64,000 nt of DNA, from positions 129,952,001 through 130,016,000 of the forward strand of contig OX597818.1 in NCBI GenBank assembly GCA_951406725.2. The letters are read 5' to 3'. Numbering within the stretch: the stretch's first letter is position 1; every line of letters begins with the position of its first letter. This document shows positions 12,963-29,747 of the stretch, in pieces. The notes beneath the pieces were generated by a model. The model saw only the letters and a program-made list of their open reading frames with translations, searched no databases and was not told the DNA's origin. Both the position numbers and the translations under genes were made by a program. Origin of the DNA: Octopus vulgaris. Lineage: Eukaryota.

Positions 12963-15288
12963 CTTATATATATGTTTGCATGTTTGCACACTATATATAT
13001 ATATATATGAAAAGTATACAAACACAAGTTTTATACATACATGGACACAGTTAATTCACACTCAAATATACTTACACATGCTTCTCCTGATCTATACATT
13101 TATACAAACACATGCATAGATACACATATTTATATACATTACATTACATTACATAGACATACTTTCACGTGCACACACATATACAAACATAAACATGTGT
13201 TCCCATATATATACACGTGTTTTGTATTGTGTTTTATTTACTGGACGTAGTTCTGTCACTGTTGCCTTAGTTTTGTTGCCATCACTACTACTTCTGTTGA
13301 TGCTGCTGCTGCTGCTGCTATACTGTCTCATTTGTTAATTATTTATTCAGAAACAGAGCCTTCAAGTTGAGCCCTAAATGAATTACTGATTCAAGTTAAA
13401 TTAAAACCAACTTAGAACCATAAACCTTTAACAGGTAATCAGAGCTCCTGTGTGACTTTAATAGAAAATTTTTTTAAAAAATTGAGTAAATAAAATAGAA
13501 TTAAAAACTGTGGTAGTTAAAAAATTATAACTACTCTTTTTTTTTTCAACTCTCCACTAATATTTATAGGCAAATAATAATAAATTCTGTTTAGTTCTAA
13601 AGAAATCTGTTATGGCTTCACCACACAAAGATATGAAACGGAATTTGAAAAAAAAATTTTTTTTATAGTTTCCTATTAATTTTGTTTTATCTCATTTTTA
13701 TTCCGTTTTGTCCATGTCAACTTGGAAATAAATTATCAGAACAATTTCTCTCTTCTATAGAAAATAAGTCTTAAAGAACTGATTGTCAACTGAAAATAAA
13801 ATGAAAAAAAAGCAGAACATTTATTATAATTTCCAGTTAAATTTCTGTTAAACAAATTTATTATCAAATCAATTTGCTAATGAAATAATTGTATTCCTTC
13901 ATTTTTCTTTCCTTTTCTTGTTTATTTATGTGTTTTTATCTTCTTTTAAGCTATAAAAGAAATAACATATCAGACGTGTAGAAAGAAGAAAATCTTGGAA
14001 ACATTATGAAGCTTTTTCTAATTAACCATAATACTATATTCTATTATTTTTTAAATGAACCACAAAAGAGAGCAAGACACAGTGGGTGTTAAGTGTAGGT
14101 TAAGTTTGAAAACTAAACATTAAAAATTTAAAAATAAAATAAAATAACTAGAAAATTGAAATTTAGTACTAAAATATTCTATTAATTTCTAAATTAAGGA
14201 ACAAAATACATTCAAAATCACATCAAATTATTTCATTAATAATCTAGACTCTTACTATAAAACACTGTGTTTATATAAGATAATGAGGGTTTGTTATGGT
14301 ATTTTGACAAAAGAGTTAGAAAAATATACAAATATGGTTTTTTTGCTGTTGTTGTTTACATTTTTATATGAAATGAAATCAAAGTAAATTATATAAACAA
14401 AGTATCAATAAAAGTCAGCCTTATCTTAGAATAAAAATTATATATAAAGCATGCCTCAACTTAATTCTATCAGAACACTGCTATTTATTTAGATGTATAA
14501 TTTAAAATTTGGGGATCCTATGGAAAAGTTAATAAAGGAGTGAATCCTAGTGAAAAGATAATCCATATCAAAGAACTATTAATTTAGAAAATTAACAAAG
14601 ACAAGTATATGGTCCAGAGTGGTAGATAATTTATTAATTTTCAAAATTTACTGGGGAAAAAATTCTCTCTTTATTGTAGGTTTTTGTTTAATTCCCATCT
14701 CTAGTTACTTTACTTCATTTAATTACTAAGGTATTTTCATAGAAAAATGTGCAAGAACTCACAGACACACAAAAGATAATTCATATTAATTATTTTATAG
14801 ATACTGTACAGCAGATACTTCTGGGTAAATTCCATTATCTGCACCCCACCAAAATTAAATCTGAAATAATTCACTATGAATATTAAACATTTATTAAACT
14901 TACATCAGTAAAATTAGGGGAATTCATTTTACTTCATTTTACATCAAAATGTTAATATATTCTTTCAAAAAATAACATCAAAAAAAGTATTCAAAAATGA
15001 AAACAAAAAGAAAAGAATTCCATTACTAAATCAGTAAATATTGAAACCTATGCCTAAATTAAAATTAAAATTTCTGATTTTTAATGAAATAAAGGAATTA
15101 ATTAATCATCTTATGAGACTTACATCACATTTTAAAAAAGAAAGAACATTAATTTAGTAATAGTTAATAAAGTAAATAAAAGGAAATAATATCAAAAATC
15201 TAAAATAGAGCAATGAACAGAAAATGAAATTACCAAACAAAAAAGTGTAGCTTTTAGCAATTGTTAAGAAATTAGATTTAATAGATGA

Positions 15289-15339
<51 letters not shown>

Positions 15340-15392
15340 TACAAACATACATATATATATATAAATATATGTATACACAAACAAACACATAA

Positions 15393-15423
<31 letters not shown>

Positions 15424-17132
15424 TATACATATATAGACACATATATATAGACATACACATTATATGTATGTATATGTGTATATATATACATATACACACA
15501 TATATATAAATATATGCATATATTTATGTATGTATGTGTGTATATATACACATACATATATATACATGAATACATACATATGTGCAAAAACATATTTATA
15601 AAAATATACATATATACATACGTATATATATATATACACACATAAATACATATATATCTGTGTATATACATAAATACATACATATATATATCTTTATATA
15701 TATAGATAAATATATAAATAATATCTATATGTACATACACACACACACACACGCACACACACATATATATGTGTATGCAAACATATATATATACACTCCA
15801 ATTATAGCATAACTGTCTGAAGAGTTCATTGTCAACAACATTCTTGTTTAAGAATACACTTGTCATCTACAAAAGTATAGAATGAATCCTCAGATTAATG
15901 TAAAATTATTTTTTATTATTACTAAACATAAAATCAGATACTGACATCTATCCAGATGTACTGTTGTGACTTTCTTGTATCACCTGTGTGGATGTTTTGC
16001 TTTCTTGTCCCATTTTGTATTTTCATATATATATATCTATATATATATATATAGAGAGAGACAGACACAGACAGAGTTAGATAGGTAGAAAGAGAGAGGG
16101 AGAGATGGATAGCTAGACAGAAAGATAGATGTATGAGTTTGTGTATATATTAAAAAGATGAGTGCATATATATATATGTATAAGTGTACATGCATATACA
16201 TTTGAATGTCGTATATATGTACTGATATATGTTATAAGAATATAAAAGTATAAGGTGTCCAATGGCATAGCCAATGATGAACCAACATCCCTAGGACTGG
16301 TGTCACAATAATATGGACCAAATACAGTGTAAAAAGTTGGCATTAGTAAGGGTATTCAGACATGAAAACTAAGTGCAAAATAGAAGGTAGAAGTGAGATA
16401 AATGATCTCACCTGTATTTGAGAAATAACAGAAACATGACAGTAACTAATTAGGTATGATAAAATGGAAAACAAAGGACATTTGAATATAGGTGTAAATA
16501 TGATGAGTAATACAGAAGTGCACACAAATATATATATGACAGTAAGTAAATATATGTAGCTAGGCATGTATTTACATATGCATAGATACATACATATATA
16601 AATATACATACATATATAAATACATATATACATATATACAAACATACATACATATATACATACATACATATATACATACATGCATACATATATACATATG
16701 TACATATATACATATATACAAACATATATACATATATATATATACAAATATATACCTAGATATATATGCATATATACATGCACACATATATATGTATAAA
16801 ATTATGAGTGTGTTCGGGATGGGGTGCCAAATGATGAGTATGAAGTGGGATAGAGAGAATAGTTAATAGAATATGAGGTACTCAATGCCATGTAAAAGGG
16901 TGCTTAATATAAAGCAGAGCCCAAATCCAGTGACATAATATTCAAAGTTATAATACAACACAAAATTATATGAGTGTGTGGTCTATATAGTTGTGCTTGT
17001 ATTTGTACATACATACATACATATATTTATATATATATATATATAATATATACATACAAGTATGTTTATGCATATATATAAGTATATACATATAAAGACA
17101 TATTGATATATATAGAGATATGCATACATATG

Positions 17133-17181
<49 letters not shown>

Positions 17182-17305
17182 ATGCACACACATATAGATA
17201 TAAATACGTATATATAAACATATATATACATACATATTTATATATACATGCATGTATATTTATATATACATATATATATATATGCACTCACAAATACATA
17301 GTTAC

Positions 17306-17344
<39 letters not shown>

Positions 17345-18091
17345 TAAATTTGTATATATATTGGCATATGTTGCTATAAAATATATATTCATATATATAT
17401 ATATGCATATATATATATATAGATATATATAGGTATATATATTTGGTTATGAAACGTATGTATATGGATGTATATCAATAAATATAGATATATGTATATA
17501 TGCATGTACACATGAGTATATAAGAATACATATTGTACATTCTAATACTTAAATTATGTAAGTTTGTGATAATGTGAACACCTACATGCATACACTCATA
17601 TATACATATGAATGTTTATATGTATATATTTACGCATATATATCTACATAATTCATATATGTGTATAGACATGTTTGTGTCACTATGTATGTATATATAT
17701 ATATATATATATATATACTTACATATATATATACTTACATATATATATACTTACATATATATTGATATGTATATATATACAGACACAGGTGTATATATAC
17801 ATTTACATATGTATATTGATATGTATACATATAAATACAGGTATATATATACATATATATACAAATATATACATATATATACAGGTATCATCATCATCAT
17901 TTAAACATCCGTTTTCAATGCTAGCATGGGTTGGACGGTTCGAGTGTGGTCAGGGAAGCCAGGAGGCTGCACCAGGCTCCTGTTTGATTGTATATATATA
18001 TACAGGTATATATATATATAAACATATATATATTTATATACAGAGGTATATATATACAGTTAAATATACATATATATATATACACAGGTAC

Positions 18092-18134
<43 letters not shown>

Positions 18135-18591
18135 GTATATATATATGTATATATACAGGTATATATATATACATACAGGTATGTATATATATGTATACAT
18201 ATGGGTATATATATATACACACGTATATATATATATATATATACACACATACATATATCGATGTGTAATTATATATTTATACACATACATGTAAGATACA
18301 CACACACATATCTACAAATATACATCTATAAGTATAGATATACATCTATATTCCCCTGTAAACACAGAAATAAATGTGTGTGTATACACACACACACTTT
18401 CTATGTATATATATATGCATGAATATATGACTTTTCACCTGTAGGCAATACACACACAAGGACGTAGAAGTCAAAAGTTTCAAAATATTAATATACAATT
18501 TGTGCAACAGCTAATAACAGAATGCTTTCTCCATAGGTTATGCAAGACAGCATATAAATACATACAAACATGCATATACACATATATATAA

Positions 18592-18641
<50 letters not shown>

Positions 18642-18894
18642 TTATTTGTATATATATAAATATATATATATTTTGTATGTAGATATATATACATATATAT
18701 ATATATATATACATTTATATGAGTGTATATAAATGTAAATATATATATATATATTATATATATATTTATATGATATATATATATATATTTATATGTATAT
18801 ATATATAATATATTTATATATACTTATATATATATATTTATATGTATATTTATATGTATATATATCAATATATTTATATATACTTTAATACTTT

Positions 18895-18993
18895 GATAGG
18901 TTTCGGCCATTATTGGCCCAGGCCATGTCTAACTTAATAGCACCACCTGGTGAAGTCTTTCAAGTCAGAATTTGGGCACTATGGCCCACTCAA

Positions 18994-18995
<2 letters not shown>
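18895..18995 (-). mobile_element. Short TA-inserted element with hammerhead-like fold
   Basis: Minus strand: CTTGAGTG-GGCCAT..GCCCA...TGGGC..ATGGCC-GAAAC. Stem II pairs but the 5' core is non-canonical. Confidence 0.35.
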
Positions 18996-19073
<78 letters not shown>

Positions 19074-19339
19074 AAATATATATATATATATAAGTATATA
19101 TATTTATATCTATATGTATATATGTCAATATATTTATATATATAAATATATTATATGTATATATGTGTATATATATATATATTTATATGTATATATATAT
19201 CAATATATTTATATATATATAAGTATATTTATATATATATACATATCTATCTATCTATCTATCTAACTATCTATCTATCTAACTATATATATATATATAC
19301 ATATATTTATCGATATATATACATACATATACTCTATCA

Positions 19340-19560
19340 TTAAAGCTGCAAAAACCTCACGAAAACGTCACAAAAACTCTTTCATGTTCCCATTCGTTGG
19401 ACTGTTGTAATCCAGAATAAGGATCACAACTGCCTGATGAAGGGGAATGTGAACCCCTGAGTAGAATTTTTTTGTAATATTGTTTTTGATATTTTTGCTG
19501 CTTTAAAAATAAAGTACATTACTCTACCTCCGGTATTTGAGTACTATTTTTTTCCCAACA
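19340..19560 (+). mobile_element. Palindromic TA-inserted element with hammerhead-like core
   Basis: CTGATGA-AGGGG-AATGTGAA-CCCCT-GA (19434-19460). Flanks 19341-19376 and ~19467-19505 are imperfect inverted repeats. Confidence 0.5.
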
Positions 19561-19568
19561 TATGTATG

Positions 19569-19621
<53 letters not shown>

Positions 19622-20187
19622 GTATATGTATATGTATATATATGTATATATGTATATATACATATATATATATACATATATATATATATGTACATATATA
19701 TGTACACATTCATATATATACATATTATGTACAAGTTTATATTTGCATATATATTCATGTATATGAGTATGTGCGTGTGTTTGTGAGTGTGTTTGTTTGT
19801 GTTTGTGTGTATGTGTGTATACATATATCATATTTGTTTCATTCATTACACTACAACCATAGTATGACATAGTTTTAGGGAATTTTTGTTGAAGGAATCC
19901 TCCCAAGAGGTTATTCTTTAAACCTGGTAATTGTTCTATTAGTTTCGTTTGCCAAACCACTAGGTTACAAGAGACAAACACACCACTAACGGTTCCTCAA
20001 GCAGTGGTAGTGGTGTTGGTGGTGTTGAGGGGCAAACACAACCAGTGGGACGGAACACAAAATGATGTGGTTGGGAAATAACTGCTATTTATTTGTAATT
20101 ATATATATACATGTGAAAAGATATATTTACATGGATACATACATACAGATACATATATATATATTTATATGTATGTGTGTATATAAA

Positions 20188-20236
<49 letters not shown>

Positions 20237-20494
20237 ATATATATGCATTCTTATGTACATACTAAAATACATATATGATGAGATTATCATATTTGCATAC
20301 ACATTTCTAAGTATGTATATATATATATATATATAGGTATAGGAGTATATAAGTAATTACATGCTTATAGGTGAGGAAGTGGATACCATTTTGATCAGAT
20401 GTATATATATATGTAGATATATGTCAATGTTTTAATATATTAATGTATATTAGTATATTAGTATATATATATATGCACCGATAATACATATACA

Positions 20495-20549
<55 letters not shown>

Positions 20550-20558
20550 GTAACACAC

Positions 20559-20594
<36 letters not shown>

Positions 20595-20843
20595 GAATCA
20601 TATCTATATACATATGCGACTGTTCCTTAAGGTCTCTCAAATTCATGTACAAATACATATATACACACACACATATATTATCACCTGTATCTATGTATAC
20701 ATGTACATATATGCATGTGTGTATGTGTGTTTGTCTCTTGGTCTGTCTATATGTATATAAATATGCATATTTGTTGTTCATATGTATACATATATGCATG
20801 CGGGCATACATAGATACATATGTATATATCTCTGTATCTGTGA

Positions 20844-20874
<31 letters not shown>

Positions 20875-21256
20875 TATATAAATATACATATATATATACA
20901 TATATACACACACAAACAAATTCATGTAAACATACACACAAACATATACATAAGAGTACAAATAAGTGAATATAACTATATATATACATACATATATATA
21001 ACAAAGTGAAGTTATATATATATATATATATATATAAATATATACAGACATAATCTTATGCATTCAGGAAGAGAAACACACAAGTATATATATTTATAAA
21101 TACATATACATAAACATATATATTGAGTATATATGTTGGTGTGTGTGTGGGTGTGGGTGTATGGTCATTAATATATATGCTTGCCAATATACGTAACTAA
21201 GTGTATATGTATGTATGTATGCTTGTTATGTATGTATATATGTAAATATATATTAA

Positions 21257-21295
<39 letters not shown>

Positions 21296-21673
21296 TTTAT
21301 AGATGTGACCATTAACATATATATACTTACCAATACACATATCTCTGTGTGCATATATCAATTCATCTATATGCCCATAGACAAGTATTAAAACAACAAA
21401 TCTCAACTATATATTAGTCTATATAAATAATTATGTACATATACTGTACTTATACTCATATATAATATAGTAATATATGCATTATATATCTTTATCTATC
21501 TATACAACTATATATCTATGCATGTGTACATATATATGTGCAGATTTATAGAAATATATACACACATATAGAAAATGTGTATATAACACTACATGAATAA
21601 ATAAATGTATATAAACAAGTGTATAAATATGCTAAAACATGCACAAATATATGCACACATGCACTTGTTTGTG

Positions 21674-21712
<39 letters not shown>

Positions 21713-21817
21713 ACATATATATATATATATATACATGTACATATATATATACATATTCATATATATATACATATACTTATATATATATACATATACGTAT
21801 ATATATATACATATACG

Positions 21818-21887
<70 letters not shown>

Positions 21888-22819
21888 CATATTATACATG
21901 TATAAATATGCAGACATGCTTTTGTTTGTGTTTATACACTTGTTTATATACATTTATTTATTCATATAGTGTTATATACATATTTTCTATATGTGTATAT
22001 TTTCTATATGTATATGTTTCTATAAATATATATATACATGCATAATTATGAATATTATATGTGTATACATATATATGTATATATATCTATATATATATTT
22101 ACATATACATATATATATATGAATATTATATGTATACACACAAACACATATATATTTATATACTAACACATACGCATACATAAATATCAGTGTTACTATG
22201 TGTGTGTATATGAATATATATGTATGAATATGCATAAAGATAAAAATTTGTTTACTTGAATATGCATTCACACATTTCCATGCATAAAATACATGCATAC
22301 ACACATATTTACATATTGATTCTTAATGTATCTATTGATACTTAATTAATTATAGAAGGAAATTTTTATTTGCATATGCACAATCATAGATCATCAAAGA
22401 TACATCTATGTATGTATGTATGTATGTATGTATGTATGTATGTGTGTATGTATGTATGTATGTATGTATATATCTATCTATCTATCTATAAATTTATATA
22501 AATGTATAAACAGATAAATATACATTCTTACATAGGTATTATATATTTATTTGTGTGTACATAAATATATTATATATATCTATATATATACATTCACATA
22601 TGTATACTTATATTCATACATTTAGATGGACATATGTGTATATGAACACAGATTTTTTATACTTATATGAATAGTTTTATATTTATATGTACACAAATAT
22701 ATAAATGCCCACACATACATTCACACAGACTTCTATATATTCCATTTTATTGAAGCTGAAATAGAACAAACTTTTACCCATAGTTTAGTGAGTCTTCAGA
22801 AAATTGTGATAATATTGAT

Positions 22820-22868
<49 letters not shown>

Positions 22869-23042
22869 CTTGCATATATATACACACATACAAGTGTATA
22901 CATGCATGCATACATACATACATACACACACACACATTCATACATACATGCATACATACATACATACATACATACATATGCATACATACATACATACACA
23001 CATACATACATACATACATACACACATACATACATACATACA

Positions 23043-23073
<31 letters not shown>

Positions 23074-23618
23074 GTACACAGATATAGATATGTCTTCTGT
23101 TTGTTATATAACAGTGTAACCCGAGCATGTGTTAAACGAATACAACGTTGCAGAATAGTTTTACAGCCAGATGCCCTTCTCCATGCTAACTCTTACATGT
23201 CCACATGCAAGGGAAATCCTATTTGTCATAGCTTCGTTCATTTTAATTCAATTTACAAACTGTTTAGTAGGGGATGTGCTAAGAACAACACTTCTGAAAG
23301 CTGTAATTTTCTATTAAATTTACATGGATATAAAGTTACACTGAGACATCACACATACACACACACAGACATGTATACATACAAACATACATATATATAT
23401 AGACACACACACATATATATATACATACATACACAGACATATATACCTACACATTCATATACCAACATATACACATATATACACGCACAAGCATAAATAC
23501 ATAAACACACACACAGATATATACATATACACACCCACATATATATATATATACACACGTATGGATACATATGTATGTATAATAAATATATAATATACAT
23601 ATACATATATATATATGC

Positions 23619-23651
<33 letters not shown>

Positions 23652-23732
23652 TAATATACATATATATATTTAAATACAAATACAAATATATGTATGTAAT
23701 TATATATACATATATATGTATGTATACTTATA

Positions 23733-23789
<57 letters not shown>

Positions 23790-24467
23790 ATTTGTATATA
23801 TATTTATATATGCATATTATATATGTGTATATATATATGTATAATATATATATATATATACATATGTGTGTGTGTATATGTGAATTTGTGTAAGTATATA
23901 TCTGTGGGTGTATATATGTATTTATGTTTGTGCATCTATATACACACATATGGATACATATGTATGTATAATAAATATATAATATACATATACATATATA
24001 TATATGCATACATATATATATGTATATATATATATGCATATATATATGTATATATATATATACATATATGATATACATATATATGTATGTATACTTATAT
24101 GTACATATATATATATATATATATTTTGTATTTGTACATATATTTATATATGCATATTATATATGTATATATATATATGTATAATATATATATATACATA
24201 TGTGTGTGTGTATATGTGAATTTGTGTAAGTATTTATCTGTGGGTGTATATATGTATTTATGTTTGTGCACCTACATATATATGTGTGTGTGTATGTATG
24301 TATATATATATATATATGTTTGTATATATATATGTATGTGTATGTATATATGTCTGTGTATGTGCATATATATTTTTATATGTATATATATGTGTGTGAA
24401 TATATATCTACTGATATTTATACATATATACAGGAAACCTAAAGTTTACATATGATGCTATAATTTT

Positions 24468-24520
24468 TTTTTCATCTAGTTTCGGCACACGAGCTGTGGC
24501 CATGCTGGGGCACTGCCATT
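24468..24520 (-). mobile_element. Extreme 3' tail-only insertion of the LINE seen at 3880-4455
   Basis: TTCATCTAGTTTCGGCACACGAGCTGTGGCCATGCTGGGGCACTGCCA is close to the reverse complement of 4389-4437, preceded by a T-run. Confidence 0.7.
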
Positions 24521-24937
24521 CATATGTATATATAAAAAAGACAAAACAACTGGAACAAGTACACAACAGGCAATACATACATATATATATAGATAGGTAG
24601 ATAGATAGATAAATAGATAGACAGATAGGTAACTACTAGATAGATAGATAGACAGGCAGAAAGATATATTCTTTTCAGTTTACACCTAAGTAATCATCAG
24701 AAAATATAGTTTAGTAAAAGTAAATACTAGAGGACACTTGGCTAAGGTACTGTACAGTGAAACTGAACTTGAAACAAGCTTGTTTCTATATGTGTACCTA
24801 TGCCAATAGGACTATATATACATGTGCTTGCGCATGCTTGCATGTATGTGTATGCACATATATATATACACACGCATACATACTAAATTCTGCTATATAT
24901 ATATATTCATAAACATATATATTTGTATTTATACATT

Positions 24938-24971
<34 letters not shown>

Positions 24972-25058
24972 CACAAATATGTTTGTGTGTGTGTTTGCAT
25001 ATATATATATATGTGTTTGTATATGTGTGTGTGTGTGTATATATATATATTTATATAT

Positions 25059-25127
<69 letters not shown>

Positions 25128-26738
25128 TACTTACATAAAAACAATAATATCTAAATATATAAAAGGTTAAGAATGGAGTTGTTTGGCTTATTATTATACC
25201 ACATAGTTATGTATACATTTATATATATACATATAGATATTTATACAGGTGTTGCAAACTTAGAAATAGTAAAACACACAACGTATGTATATATGTACTA
25301 TATATACAAATTGTTTCCTCTTTTTGTATGTATGTCTTTGGGTGGAGTACTTGTGAATGCATAATTGTATATAAATATGCATATGTTTGTAAAAATTTAT
25401 GTTTGTATATATATATAGATGTATATATTTATATTCATATATATATATATGCATATATCTATATTCATGTATATGAATATAAATATTTATATATATATAT
25501 ATACACACACACACGCACACATACACATATGAACGTGTATCATTCATTATGTCTAAGAATTTGTAAAGAATCTGCTACCAAATAACTATAAACTTGCTTG
25601 TGTGTGTGTGTGTTTGAGTTTGTGTCTTATTTTGTACTTCTCTCACTCACTCTACATATATGCATACATCATTAAATATACCTTTATATATATACATATA
25701 TATATATGTATATACTTATACACTTATACATTCGTGTGTGTATGTTTACATAAGTGTGTTTATGTTAGTATACATATACATAGATATACATGGATATATG
25801 ACTGCATATAGATGATTACATATAAATATGTAGAAAAATATATACACACATATACACAATGTTTCATAACATACAGTACATACATAGCTGTGATCGCGTG
25901 TATGTGTTTTTGCATAGGAATGTATCTATATCTAACTAGAATTCTGTGATCATTCTTGCCTGAAATTTTTCTTCAGTTCATCAGCAACATCCCTCATTTC
26001 CCCTCAATCTATATGTGCATGTGTGTATACGTGTGTATAATATCTATATGCACATATTCATGTGTGTATATAATATTTATAAGCACACATATGTAGTTAT
26101 ATGCACATGTATACTTAAATATACATATGTATACTAATATATATATATATATATTCATATTCTATTTTAAGATATACATTTATAGATATACAGGTATGTA
26201 TAAATATACCTTTATAAATATATAAGCAAGTATATACATGTGTGTGCATATATATGTGTGTGTGTGTCTAAATACACAGACATAAGAATTTACATATATA
26301 TATATACACACCAGCATGTCCATATATATTTCATACATAAATATTGATTGATTTCTCTTTTGTCAATATATTCATATTTACAAACATGTAGATATATGCA
26401 TATGTGTGCATATTTATATACATACGCGCATATAATGAATACTGCCACATACACTCACACAAACACACATTACTTTATAAAGACATATATACATAACTAA
26501 ACAATATATTGATGAAAAATGAATTGTTGGTTTTATACTTATTCCATGCCTCTCTCTCTCTCTATATATATTTTAGTTAAACCTTTTACTTGTTTCAGTC
26601 AGTACATTGTGGCCATGCTGGGGCACGATTAATTTATAACCTTGTACTTATTCTATCAGTGTCTTTTGCCGAACTTCTAAGTTAAGGGGACGTAAACAAG
26701 CCAATACCAACTGACAAGCAATGGGACAAGCACAGACA

Positions 26739-26785
<47 letters not shown>

Positions 26786-27040
26786 ACACAGACACACACA
26801 CACACATCAACAATAATAATAATAAAGATTATTACGACGTTGCATAGTATCACCTTTAATTCTTTACATGTATGTATGCATGTATGTATGTATATATGCA
26901 TTCATTCAAATATATACATGGAAATATATAGACATGTGTATGCATGTGTTACAAACTTACAAATACAAAAATGCATGTGTATATATGTATGTATGTATGT
27001 ATGTATCTATCTGTCTGTCTATCTATCTACCAATCAATCA

Positions 27041-27130
<90 letters not shown>

Positions 27131-29747
27131 TAATAATAATAATGATAATAATATTAGGGAGTATGGCTCCAAACTTATAGGGAAAAACTGTTTGAGTTGC
27201 CTAATAGTGGTTTTATCTCCTATTCATATTTATATATATATGTATATATATATTTGTATGTATCTATGTTTTTGATTTAAATTGAGATATAATTGGAGGA
27301 AATTCATATATAATTTCCTCAAATTTCAATCCCAGTTTATATTAAATTCAACTGCAAATAGAAATACATGTTATTTTACCAACAGAGTATTATTGAAGCT
27401 CTGCAAAATTATATTTATTCAGACATGCAAAATATGTGTTTATGTGAATACATATTATTACGAGTATATATATATATATGTATATATACATATACACAGA
27501 TTTAAATATGTTAATATATACACATATATAAACATACATATATGTATGAACACCAACGTATGTGTGCATATATTTATTAGTTTTCATTACATATATATGT
27601 GTGTGTGTATATGTATTTTATGTACCTATAATTAAATATCCACATATATATTTGTGCACTTTTACACTTATACATTGATACACACACACACACACACATA
27701 CATACATACACATATGTGTGTGTGTATAACATATTTATCATCTATTTGTAGTGGTATTTGAGCCTTTTTCCTACTGTGTTTGAACCATATATGACTTAGT
27801 TCCATATCAGTTCTCTCTCTCTCTCTGTGCACATATATGCATGCTTGTATTTTTGTGTGCAAATTATATGAACACATATATATACTTATGCATATACATA
27901 CATACATACATACACACATATATATGTGTGTGTGTGTGTGTGTTTGCATATGTATATGTTTGTGTACATCTATATACAGATGTATACACACACATATATG
28001 TACAAATATGTATATACATATGTATGCATGTACTCTCTTACTGACATGCATACACACACATGCATGAATATATATTTTCCTAAGTTGATTTTAGGTTACT
28101 ACCAACCCCCTGTGAAACATACTAGAGAGAAATTTAGGAATTTGTTAAAAGTACTGCTAGTTTTTTCCCTTTTTTTATTCCTTACAGAATTTTCTATATA
28201 CTTCAATTAAATATCTTACTGTCTGTTCTATGTAATATAAATTCATTTAACAAAAAAGAAAAAAAAAAAAAGAAATCTATATATCATACCACTATTTTCT
28301 TAAATGAAAAAAAGATAAATGCAAATTTAGGGGGCAAAAAAATTCCACAAAAAATATTTTGTGTTAAAATCTCACCTAATCCATAATGGAAAAAAATATG
28401 GGGAGCTAGACATATTTTTTTCTCTTTTAGTCTATTTCTTGACAGATGTATAAATTGCATGTATACATGAAAATATACCTTATATTCATTCTAACTGTCA
28501 GACTCATTCCAGAATCTTCCACCAGCGGTCAGCAAAACAGAAAATGGCTTGTTTCAATAAATTTTCAAAAATAAACAAAAAAGAATTTTGAAAATTTAAA
28601 TGAGATTTCCTGCCATGCTGTATTTTTTTAGAAAAAAAATTTTACTTTTTTTTTAAAATTTCCTTTTTTGGAATTAAGGATAAAGGATTGAAAATATTTA
28701 GTAAGATATTATTTTTTTAAATAATTTAAAACAGATTTTAATGAATTTCAGATATACTGAAAAATTGAAACCCATTTTACAATATAATAAAGAAATTTTT
28801 TAATGAAAATCGAAATAATAAAGGCAAGTTTTAGTATTCGTATTAGTGCCTGACTGTGTGATGGTGATAGAGTTGGTGTGTGTGCATGCATGCTAGTGAC
28901 TAGGCGAATGGGTGAAGCAAGAATTCAGCAATGTTACTAAGACTCTCAAAATGAAGATTTTAAAATATTTTAGTTGTCACAACAATGATTATGGAAGAAA
29001 CTGAAATTTTAAGAACAAAACAAATTTTTAAAATGTTACAAAAATATATCTAGTAACTGGCTCTCAGAAAATATTCCCATTTTATAGGAATATTTTTCAA
29101 TTTCTGTTATATTTTTTTAAGAAGAAATTTTATGAAAAATTTTAAATTGTTAGCAATTTTGAAATATTGACTTTCACTCCAAAAAGAAAAGAAATAGATG
29201 GGGGAGCTAGACGTTCTACATCTCTTTTGTTTTTTTATATCTTTTAGTAAAATAAAAATTTTACCATGCTTTATTTTTAGAAAGTATTGCATTTTGGGTC
29301 ATATTACCAAAATTTTATACTGGAAAACAAAAGGGCAAATTTTATTTAGAATTACATTTGATAATTTCAAAAATGGAGAGGAAGGAATGCATTAAATGAT
29401 AGAGAATGGACAGAAAGGTTATTATTAACAATGGCAAATATGGATAGGGGTAAATTAGATAATCATTATATCATTATATTATGTCTTGATATCAATATAA
29501 AGAAATATGTGTCTTTGAATATGTACTCGATATATGTATAACAGAGTGTGTGTGTGTATGTGTGTGTGTCTGTGTGTGTGTGTACAGAAAGCGAATCAAA
29601 ATGCATGTAAACCAATGATTTATACACACACACACCTGCACACACTGAAACTACTAAAATTAATCATTATGTATGTATGTTTGTGTGTATATATATATAT
29701 ATGTATGTGTATATATATGTATATATATGCATGTGTGTATATATGTA

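Noticed and set aside
12421-28507. Minus-strand two-exon model MSLTVRMNIR|CHPLADGEEETFSANSHLIRFQIFQQVCFGKRN
   Set aside because: The phases fit, but the minus acceptor at 12524 lacks a pyrimidine tract and is simply the complement of a perfect + strand GTAAGT donor; no homology recognised.
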